From positions 1 through 56,957 of the IMG/VR virus record IMGVR_UViG_3300010399_000043: 56,957 bases of DNA. One strand, written 5' to 3'. Source of the DNA: a virus. Taxonomy: Duplodnaviria; Caudoviricetes. Position numbers and translations under genes: made by a program. Below, piece after piece: positions 46,039-54,347 of the stretch. The notes below the pieces were generated by a model that searched no databases, was not told the origin of the DNA, and saw nothing but the letters and a program-made list of their open reading frames with translations. Position 1 is the stretch's first letter. Every line of letters starts with the position of its first letter.

Positions 46039-47379
46039 ATGCTGACAGCGGCGCATCTGGGTATCGCACCACACGAGTTCGCGATCGCCTCCCTGTTCGG
46101 GATCGGGGACACGTGCCTTGTCGCCGGCCACATGAAGGTGTTCTCCAACACTCACCAGCAGCCTGTCGTGCTGGCCGTGCGGCAGGGGCATCAGGAAGTC
46201 GCCGCGATGTTCCCGGGGGTGTCGCGCACCGTCATCGTGCCGGAGTACGAGATCGCGCCGTTGACCAACACCGTCACGGTCGGCGTACCGCAGCCCGGTC
46301 ACCTGTTCGTCGCGCACCCGTCCACCGTCCCCGCGCGGCTTGATCACTGCGTCGCCCATGGCCGTATGTCAGACGCGGCGATGTACGCGCTGATCCTGGG
46401 ACTGCCGCCGCAGAGCCGTCTCGCGCTGCCCGCGATCCCGCCCGACAAACGTGAGCTCGCGCAGGCGATCGCTTCGGCCCACGCGATCGCACCCGGCAGG
46501 ACGGTGGTGCTGGTGCCGCGCGCGAACTCCTGGCCGCCGATCGACAATCACTTCTGGGACCTGCTGCAGGCACGGCTCGCGTCAAACGGTTGGCACGTGT
46601 GGGTCAACGATCCAGGCAACCTGCCGCTGCCCTGCGCGTTACCGTTCCTCGAGATCGCCGGCTGGGTGATCGGTGCCAACTGCGGGTTCATGCAGATGGC
46701 CGTGCAGTCAGGCATCCACTGCCGCAAGACGATCCTGTCGCGCGCTCTCTACCCGGACGAACTACACGGGGAGCGCCACCCGCTGCCGATCACCCGTGTC
46801 TGGCCGGACTACAGCATGTTTCGCAAGGTCGACGGTTGTCAGTACGACATAGAGGAGTTCCGCGTGGACGGTCCAACCTCGTGGCCTGGAGCGATCGCTG
46901 CCGTCACCCAGGGTCGCAACGCGCAGGGTCCGGTACCCGATCCGGGCCCGCTGCTATTCATGGACGTGCAGATTTCCCCAGGTGAACTGTGCGACCGCCT
47001 CTCCATCATGGAGATCAAGCAGGCGCGACTGCCGTCCAAGGCGCAGTATCTGGCGACCGAGGTCACCCGGTTGACTCCTCTGCGCGAGCACCTGCTGCGC
47101 GCGCATCCCGAGATCGTCGCGTTCGCGCAGGAACTGCGCAACCTCAACGAGCAGGCGTGGACCCTCAACGAGGTGCTGATCGGAGACTATCAGCGCGGCG
47201 TCGGCGGTCCTGGCTGGCAGGTCGTCGAGGACAGTACGGTTGACGGGCTGAGCCGCGTCGAACGCCACGTGCGGGCAGCGTACGAGGCCCATCACTGCAA
47301 CAGGAGGAGGGTCGAGGTACGTAATGACATAGACGCCCACTGCAGGGCGGGCCATGTGGAGGTGAAGTCCTACAGATGA
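46039..47379 (+). CDS. putative GT9-like glycosyltransferase with C-terminal DUF6165-like domain
   Basis: FGIGDTCL, VVLVP.A, WVIGANCGFMQMA; C-terminal ISPGELCDRLSIMEIK...EVKSY. Confidence 0.55.
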   Translation: MLTAAHLGIAPHEFAIASLFGIGDTCLVAGHMKVFSNTHQQPVVLAVRQGHQEVAAMFPGVSRTVIVPEYEIAPLTNTVTVGVPQPGHLFVAHPSTVPARLDHCVAHGRMSDAAMYALILGLPPQSRLALPAIPPDKRELAQAIASAHAIAPGRTVVLVPRANSWPPIDNHFWDLLQARLASNGWHVWVNDPGNLPLPCALPFLEIAGWVIGANCGFMQMAVQSGIHCRKTILSRALYPDELHGERHPLPITRVWPDYSMFRKVDGCQYDIEEFRVDGPTSWPGAIAAVTQGRNAQGPVPDPGPLLFMDVQISPGELCDRLSIMEIKQARLPSKAQYLATEVTRLTPLREHLLRAHPEIVAFAQELRNLNEQAWTLNEVLIGDYQRGVGGPGWQVVEDSTVDGLSRVERHVRAAYEAHHCNRRRVEVRNDIDAHCRAGHVEVKSYR

Positions 47380-47719
47380 CGAGGCATAGGTTGGCGCACC
47401 TTTTGGTGCCCCTTTTGGTGCTGTCTGTGCTGGTCGCGTGCGTGCTGGCTGAAGTTGCTGCGCTAGTGTGGTATGTGTGGTTCACATGGAAAACAGGCGT
47501 ATGAAGACGAGCAACAACGCAGGGCGGATCGCGCTCGCACTCCTGTCGATCCCGGCGGTCGGATGCCTCGCTGTCTACCTGGCGATCTCTCAGAAGCAGC
47601 AGACGGTGCAGGTCCGCCGGGGAGTCGACTTCTGCAAGAACGTGGTCGTTGTGCCCAACCCGGCGGTACCCGGCGCGTGGCAGACGGTCGTGTTCTCCTC
47701 GTGCCCAGGGTCACAGTCG

Positions 47720-47921
47720 TCAGGGAGCGCTGCGCCGTGAACTCTGTCGTAAGACTGCTGCTGGCACTCTCTGCCGCGGGCTTCTTCTACACAGCGTTCA
47801 TGGCCGGCACCGGCCTCGTCAGGCTCCATCGCGGGTTACCGGAGGTGAGGTGCATCCCGGCGGGTGCGGTCGTCGCCAGCCAGTACATCCCCTGTCCCGC
47901 CCGCTCAGGGAGCGCTGCGCC
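47720..47921 (+). repeat. 17-bp direct repeat TCAGGGAGCGCTGCGCC at two successive gene junctions
   Basis: Identical at 47720-47736 and 47905-47921, each followed by RTGA start/stop overlap. Confidence 0.85.
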
Positions 47922-48531
47922 ATGAGCCGCAGCAAGAATCGCCTGACACCGGAGCAGCGCGAGGCCGTCGATCGCGCCGATCGCATGGAGGCGCAGGCCG
48001 CCCACCTCGCGACCCCTGTCACCCGCGAGGAACTGATCAACCTGCTGCGCGAGATCGCGGATGAGTACGAGGTGTCGCTCCGCCGCAACATCTACACCAA
48101 GGAACCCCACGATCTGTTTCGTGAACTGGCGGAAAGGCTGTGCTTCAGATGACCGAGGAACTGAGCAGGCTCCGCGAGAAGAGCGCCGTGGTGCTGACGG
48201 TCGACACGTCCGAGCTGCAGCGGTTCGTCGCTGAGTCGATCGCCGCGATCGACAAGGCGCGGCAGTTCACCTGCAAGGCGCGTCATCCCGCGGGCCCTGA
48301 CCCGCAGGACTGCGGGTGGCCGACCTGCGGCTGCGACCCGTACGCCGACAAGGTGATCACCGCGCTCGCCGAGTCGTTTCCCGTCGACACCGAGACGGCG
48401 GTGCTGAGAATCACCCTCGCTTGGTACGCTGACCCGAAGAACTGGGACAGGGGCGCGGATGCTGGTGGCGTTTGGCGCGACTCCCACGCTATGCAAGACG
48501 CAGGTGCGCATGCGAGAAGGGTGTTGGGAAT

Positions 48532-49260
48532 ATGAACGTCACCGAGCAACTCCGCCGAGACGGGATCGCGGTCCTGCCGCGCAGGTTCGAGAACGTGGCA
48601 GGCATGGTACGCCATCTCGACTCCTGCCCAGAGTACGCGAACCACGTCAGGCAGAGGAAGCCGCCGGTACAGGGTGGACTGGGTACACACCCGTGGATGT
48701 GTAGGGACATGCACGACGTGCTGCGCGCACCGGGTTGGCTGGAAACAGCGCTGTCGACCTACGGGATCGCCAAGGAGTACCTGGGGCAGAAGCCGCTCCT
48801 TTACAGCGTCAACGTGTTCTACACAGAGCCGCAGCCCCCGGCACCGAAGGCCGACATCCAGGGGTGGCACAGGGACGCGGACGACGAGGCATTCCTCGCG
48901 CTGTTTGCCTACCTGACGGATGTCCATCAGCCTGAGGACGGCGCGCACGAGTACGTGCTGGGGTCGCAGGGGGACGAGATCAAGAACGACAGGGACCAGC
49001 CTGCGGCATCCTCGCGCATACGTCAGGTCCTCGGTGATGCCGGCAGGATGTTCCTGTCCGATCCGCGCGGGATGCACAGGGGCCTTGTTCCGCAGCACAG
49101 GCGCAGGGCCATAGCGTGGGCGCGATGGGGTGTCAGCGATCCGCCACCCAGCTATATCTGGGACATGCTTGAACCCATTCCGGCAGAGCAACTGGGTTAC
49201 GGCAGATACCCGGACGAGCAGGAGTTACGCGACGCGATAAGACTGGTGGTTACTGCGTGA
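48532..49260 (+). CDS. 2OG-Fe(II) dioxygenase (PhyH-like)
   Basis: QGWHRD, FAYLTDV..EDGAHEYVLGS, GMHRG...RR. Confidence 0.82.
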   Translation: MNVTEQLRRDGIAVLPRRFENVAGMVRHLDSCPEYANHVRQRKPPVQGGLGTHPWMCRDMHDVLRAPGWLETALSTYGIAKEYLGQKPLLYSVNVFYTEPQPPAPKADIQGWHRDADDEAFLALFAYLTDVHQPEDGAHEYVLGSQGDEIKNDRDQPAASSRIRQVLGDAGRMFLSDPRGMHRGLVPQHRRRAIAWARWGVSDPPPSYIWDMLEPIPAEQLGYGRYPDEQELRDAIRLVVTA

Positions 49261-49436
49261 GCGATCCGGGTGACAAAAAGAGGACGACGCGGGTTCAGCT
49301 CGAGCTGCCCGAGGCAGCGATGGATCGGCTGCGGTCGCTGCGTGATAGAACAGAGGCCGCCTCGTACTCGGAGGTCGTCAGACGCGCTCTGCAGCTGTAT
49401 GAGGCGACGTTGAACGAGACGAGGATCATCCCATGA
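49257..49436 (+). CDS. ribbon-helix-helix protein (59 aa; absent from the ORF track)
   Basis: Translated by hand: TTRVQLELPEAAMDRLRSLRDRTEAASYSEVVRRALQLYE; GTGA/ATGA overlaps at both ends. Confidence 0.7.
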   Translation: MSDPGDKKRTTRVQLELPEAAMDRLRSLRDRTEAASYSEVVRRALQLYEATLNETRIIP

Positions 49437-49855
49437 GCCAGGACGTGGCCAAGCTGCGGGAAGAGATGGAGCGGTCCATCCTGAAGATCCTGGGTGAGGA
49501 GATCAGGCTGGTCGCTAGACAGGAATACAACTGCGAGACCTGCGGCGAACCCACCGTGTGGATGGTCAAGCCGGGAACCTTGGAGCGCGCTGTGTCGCGC
49601 ATCGTTGCCAGCATCGAGGCCGGTGCCGAGCTCGCGGCGAAGAGAGTCGCCTACCGCGCGGTCGGTGTCGATGCTGATCCGAAGGGCAGGAACCCGGACG
49701 GGTCCGACTACCATCTGATGGCTGCGATCGACGAGCGCCTTGCAGAGAAGAGCACCGAGATCGATCAGCTCAAGGCCCGACTGGCGGTCCTGGAGGAATA
49801 CCCGGACACCTACGGCCCGGGCCTCGACTCCTGGACGACGGAGGTAGGCTCATGA
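49433..49855 (+). CDS. hypothetical protein
   Basis: Coupled ORF with CETC motif. Confidence 0.6.
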   Translation: MSQDVAKLREEMERSILKILGEEIRLVARQEYNCETCGEPTVWMVKPGTLERAVSRIVASIEAGAELAAKRVAYRAVGVDADPKGRNPDGSDYHLMAAIDERLAEKSTEIDQLKARLAVLEEYPDTYGPGLDSWTTEVGS

Positions 49856-50153
49856 CGAGGCGGGATGCCGCTGTGTTCGGTGGTGCCTTGGTCGCAGGGA
49901 TCCTGCTCGCCGGGCTCGCTGTCACCGGGGGCAACAGCGGTCGGGCCTTTCCGACCATCATGATAGGCACAGAGGAGGACGCGCTCAGCATCCTGCATGA
50001 GGGCGTCAACTGGGGCTATCAATGCGTCGCGTTCCGCAACACCCGCGAGGAGTGCCACGCGCGGGTCGACAAGGCGATGAAGCATTAAGTACACGCCGGG
50101 CTCGCGGTATGACAGGGGTGCAGACCTCAACCCCCGGAGCAGGAGCAGTCAGC

Positions 50154-50570
50154 ATGACCATCGAGTTCACCCCGCGGCCGTCGCGCGGCATCTGTCTGTC
50201 GTCGCCTGACGGTGCTTACCTGGACGTGCGCATCGACAGGATGCAGGTCATCGTCGTCGGTCCCATGCGCCACGCGCCTGTCGAGTACCTGAGAGCCTTG
50301 TGCGAGGCCTTCGACAACGACAGCATCGAGCTGGTCAGCGCTGAGTTCATGACCATGAAAAATGATGACCTGGCCGATCAATCGCCTGAGGTGCGGGCCG
50401 AGCGCGACAGGATCGCTATGCTGCGCGGCTTTGTCTCCATGGAGTTCGAGCAGCACGGTGTGCTCGACGAGCAGGTCGCCGTGCAGACTACCGAGGACAC
50501 GGTGCGGGATGACGATCTCACTCTTTCCCGACGCCGGCCCGAGGATCCGCCGTTGGCGCAGTCCAACTGA
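50154..50570 (+). CDS. hypothetical protein
   Basis: AGGAG RBS before ATG at 50154. Confidence 0.55.
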   Translation: MTIEFTPRPSRGICLSSPDGAYLDVRIDRMQVIVVGPMRHAPVEYLRALCEAFDNDSIELVSAEFMTMKNDDLADQSPEVRAERDRIAMLRGFVSMEFEQHGVLDEQVAVQTTEDTVRDDDLTLSRRRPEDPPLAQSN

Positions 50571-51005
50571 GGACGGGGAGATCGATGACCCTGCCTGAGG
50601 TTGCGGTCATCGGCTTGTTCGTCGCGGTCATGGTCATCGGCCTGGTGCTGGTGCTCACCGGAAGGAGGCGTTGATGGGCTGGGACATGGTCATGGTGCTG
50701 GTCGTGCTCGCCCTGATCCTGTTCCTTCTGTCGCGTTGAGGAAAAAAGGGAAAGGTCATGACCAAGCTGTCCCGTCACTGCATCTACTGCAGGATCGTCC
50801 CCGACGCCGAACCATTCGAGATCGCGGACGTTTTGACTGAGCCCTTCGATGATGAAAGCCCGCGTGGGGTTGTGCAGGTGATCGGCTGTCGGCAGCCGCA
50901 CTGCGTCAAGAGGCCCATGGTCAAGGTCAGGGACGGCAACGTCGCGGCAGCGGACGAGGCCTGGCATGGGCAGCTGTACGACTACCAGCTGACGAGTACC
51001 AGCAC

Positions 51006-51380
51006 ATGAACCTGCACGGCATCGTCCGCGCGGCGATCGGCATGGTCAACCCGCACCAGCCGGTCGTGCTGCGCCGATCCGCGGGCTACACGACCAGCCC
51101 TGCCGGCCGCCAGATCCCGGCCTACGAGGCGCCGGTGACGGTGCAGGGCCAGGTGCAGTCGATGACGACAAAGGACCTGCGCCAGCTCGAGGCGCTCAAC
51201 ATCCAGAACTCCGAGGTGGCGATCTATCTGGATGGGTTCCTGGACGGCGTCGTTCGCATGTCGCAGAAGGGAGGCGACCTGATCACGACCGCGGACGGCA
51301 AGGTGTGGCTGACGACCAACGTGCTCGAGCAGTGGCCGGATTGGGTGAAGGTCGCGGTCACGCTGCAGAACGGGAGCTGA
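51006..51380 (+). CDS. head closure / head-tail adaptor protein
   Basis: MNLHGIV..AI..VNP...GQVQ....DL.QLE.LNIQ...GGDL...LEQWPDW.KV.V.LQ, typical of this myovirus neck module. Confidence 0.75.
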   Translation: MNLHGIVRAAIGMVNPHQPVVLRRSAGYTTSPAGRQIPAYEAPVTVQGQVQSMTTKDLRQLEALNIQNSEVAIYLDGFLDGVVRMSQKGGDLITTADGKVWLTTNVLEQWPDWVKVAVTLQNGS

Positions 51381-51872
51381 TCAAGATGTTCGACTTCTGC
51401 TCGGTCTGCGTGACACCTGAGATCTGCCGCACCCACAGGCGCTGCGATCTGCCCTCCGCTGAGATCGTCGATCTCGGCGCCTACCGCGAGGATCGCATCA
51501 AGAAGGCAGTCCTCGCGGGTGCGAACAGGTACCTGGCGCGGCGCGGTGAGCCCCTTTTGGAGATGGGCACAACAGGCGATCTTTTGTGCGATCTCCGCGA
51601 GGCGAACGCGCATGATCGATCGGCGACCGACGCGCCGTCTCCGAACGAGTGCGTGGATCCATGATCAAGATCATCGCGGTTCACATCGATCGCGCCGACT
51701 ACGCCGAGCGGGTGCGTGTGCAGACCCTGCGCTGGGCCGAGGGTTACCCGTATCACAACTCGGTCGACAACGAGTGCTGCCCCGACTTCTCCTGCTGCCA
51801 GCCGCGCCTGTTCGAGAGCGATGCGGGCGAGCGCTGGAAGCACTACCACGACAAGCACGGAAGGCGCAACTG

Positions 51873-52298
51873 ATGACCGAGTCCGACAGCGTCGTGTACC
51901 TGGCGCTGATCGCGGCGGCCTCTGGATTCCTGTCGCCGATCTTTCTCTCTGTCCTGCACAACCGGCAGCTGAAGGCGAAGGAAGCGCGCGACTACAAGCG
52001 GCAGGATGAGGTCGCGTCGAGGGTCGCGGCGTTGCAGGTGCAGACCGAGAAGTCGGCGGGCGAGGTGCAGAAGCAGCTGGTCGTGATCCACACCCTTGTG
52101 AACTCCAAGTTCACGTTGGTCAACGCCAAGCTGACCCAAGAGATGCAGGAGCGGTTGGTCGCGTTGGACGCATTGCTGGCCCTCAACGTGGTGGCAGGCA
52201 CCGACAGCACCGAGGCCGGTCTGGAGACCCTGCGCAAGCTGGAGCAATCGGCGGAGGCCTTGCGGCGCGAGATCTCCGAGCGGACACCAGAGGTTTGA
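51873..52298 (+). CDS. membrane-anchored coiled-coil protein
   Basis: N-terminal TM helix, IHTLVNS motif, coiled-coil C-terminus. Confidence 0.55.
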   Translation: MTESDSVVYLALIAAASGFLSPIFLSVLHNRQLKAKEARDYKRQDEVASRVAALQVQTEKSAGEVQKQLVVIHTLVNSKFTLVNAKLTQEMQERLVALDALLALNVVAGTDSTEAGLETLRKLEQSAEALRREISERTPEV

Positions 52299-52305
52299 CT
52301 GGGGG

Positions 52306-52845
52306 ATGGCCGGCACCGTTACAGGGGGCAGGAAGCTCGGCGTGTATCTGGCGAAGCTGGCGAAGTCCGTCGAGAAGCGCGAGCTCAAGGTGGGCTTCCT
52401 GTCGGGTGCTACCTACCCTGACGGGACGTCGGTCGCCATGGTCGCCGCGATCCAGGAGTTCGGCGCACCGGCGGCCGGCATCCCGCCCCGCCCCTTCATG
52501 CGGACAACGGTCGCCCAGCACTCGCGTGATTGGGGGCGGGTGCTGGCTGCGGCGATGAGGGCAACCGGTGGCGACGCCTCGGCCGCCTGGAACATGCTGG
52601 GTGAGCACGTCGCCGGGCAGGTGCGCGAGGCGATCGCCGGGCTGCAGTCGCCGCCCCTGTCGCAGGTCACCCTCATGCTGCGCATGATGCGGGTGGAGCA
52701 GCCCGGCCTGCGCGTGACGGGTCGGGTCGTGGGTGAGGCAGCAGCGCGGGTCGCCGCGGGTGAACGCGCCTCGGGTGTGGCCACAAAGCCGCTTGTCGAC
52801 CGAGGCATTCTGATAGGTGCTGTCGACTACGAGGTGGAGGGGTGA
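52306..52845 (+). CDS. neck/tail completion protein
   Basis: LKVGFL.GATYPDGT.VA.VAAIQEFGAP..GIPPRPFMR...KPLVD.G. Confidence 0.8.
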   Translation: MAGTVTGGRKLGVYLAKLAKSVEKRELKVGFLSGATYPDGTSVAMVAAIQEFGAPAAGIPPRPFMRTTVAQHSRDWGRVLAAAMRATGGDASAAWNMLGEHVAGQVREAIAGLQSPPLSQVTLMLRMMRVEQPGLRVTGRVVGEAAARVAAGERASGVATKPLVDRGILIGAVDYEVEG

Positions 52846-52864
52846 TCATGGAGGCTGAGCGCAC

Positions 52865-53248
52865 ATGGACCTTGACTCGGAACTGAACAAGATGCGGCGT
52901 GACGTGGCGGAGCTGCGTGAGGCGATGGTCACCATCCGACCTTTGCAGAGCTACACCCCCGGCATCGGCAACGCGCCGCCTCCCACCCCGATCTTGGACG
53001 ACCTGATACCTCGACTCGAGGTTCGCATCTCGACGATCGGCACCGCTGTGGACGCGCTGGTGTCACAGGTCGACGCCCTGACCCGCCGCATGGCAACGGC
53101 CGAGGCTGCGCACGAACGCCACGTGCACGAGGTCGAGGACAAGACCTCGATCCTGCAGACCGACTCGATGCGCACCGGTGAGGCACCCGCTGCCCCGCCG
53201 CACACCAGCCACCCCCGCGTCCACAAAAAGAAGAAGGGGCACGAGTGA
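52865..53248 (+). CDS. hypothetical coiled-coil protein
   Basis: ORF in the late operon. Confidence 0.55.
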   Translation: MDLDSELNKMRRDVAELREAMVTIRPLQSYTPGIGNAPPPTPILDDLIPRLEVRISTIGTAVDALVSQVDALTRRMATAEAAHERHVHEVEDKTSILQTDSMRTGEAPAAPPHTSHPRVHKKKKGHE

Positions 53249-53487
53249 CGACCCCTGTCATCGTAAAGCTCTCGATGCCTTGGACCAGCTACTCGCACGA
53301 CTACCGCTACTTCGTGGTCACCCAAGCCGAGCGCATCGAGTTCTCTGACGGCACCGTCGCGCAGCTGCTCGGCGACGTGTGGCTCGACGTGTGGGTTGAC
53401 CGCCCGGCAGGCCCGAGCGAGGCCCACCGCTTCGTCGCGGCGACGATCGGGGTGTAGCACACCGCCCTGACGTGCCTGCTCCCGCCG

Positions 53488-53593
53488 CTGTGGGGGATCG
53501 CTGGGAGGTTTTTCCGGCGCCCCCGCGTGATGACAGCGCGCCACCCCTTGAACCGCCCCTAGCCTCCCCCACAGATGTTGCAATTCTGCAACA
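53488..53593. promoter_or_regulatory. intergenic element homologous to 3247-3379
   Basis: Shares GGTTTTTCCGGCG, CGCCACCCCTTG and TGTTGCA-N4-TGCAACA in the same order; bounded by a CTGTGGGGGA/TCCCCCACAG inverted repeat. Confidence 0.55.
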
Positions 53594-53610
53594 GTCCTGA
53601 CAGGTAGTGC

Positions 53611-54333
53611 ATGACCATCACGCTGGCGCCCGATGAGGACGCGGCGCTTACAGCGCTGCGGTCGTTCATACTCGCTGTCCTGCCTGGAGGGACGGAGTGC
53701 ATAGTCGGTCAGGTCAACAGGGTGCCGGAACCCGCTGCCCTTGACTTTGTCGTCATGACCCCGATCCTCGCGCAGCGTCAGGCGACCAACGTGATCACCT
53801 ACGCTGACTGCCGCTGTGTCGGCTCGATCGCCGGCACCGTGATGACGATCACCCAGGTCGACTTCGGGACGATCAGCGTCGGCTCTGTCATCTTCGGTGT
53901 GGACGTCGACGACAGCACGGTCGTCACCGGGACGCTTGGCGGGACGGGTGGTGTCGGCGACTACAGCGTGTCCCCCGCGCAGGTCGTATCCGGCACCCTG
54001 TCGGCGGGTGTCATGAACGCCGACAAGTCGACACGGGTCGTGATCCAGCTGGACGTCCACGGTCCGACCTCCTACAGCAACGCCCAACGCCTGTCGACCC
54101 TGATACGCGACGACTACTGCGCGCTGTTCTTCCAGCGCGCAGGCTACCTGGCGATCTCGCCGATCGACGCCGACGATCCGAGGCAGATCCCATTCATCAA
54201 CGCCGAGTCGCAGTACGAGACGCGGTGGATCGTCGACGCCTCCCTTGACGTTGAGTTCAGGGTGGCCGACATCCCGCAGGAGTTCGCCGACACGGTGGAG
54301 GTCACCACAGTTCTGGCCGACGTCCTTCCCTGA
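53611..54333 (+). CDS. tail terminator / neck protein
   Basis: ALRSFIL.VLP...GQVNRVPEP...FVVMTP...QLDVHGP...DDPRQ.PFINAE.QYE.RW; precedes the sheath gene. Confidence 0.75.
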   Translation: MTITLAPDEDAALTALRSFILAVLPGGTECIVGQVNRVPEPAALDFVVMTPILAQRQATNVITYADCRCVGSIAGTVMTITQVDFGTISVGSVIFGVDVDDSTVVTGTLGGTGGVGDYSVSPAQVVSGTLSAGVMNADKSTRVVIQLDVHGPTSYSNAQRLSTLIRDDYCALFFQRAGYLAISPIDADDPRQIPFINAESQYETRWIVDASLDVEFRVADIPQEFADTVEVTTVLADVLP

Positions 54334-54347
54334 GGAGAGCGCACACC

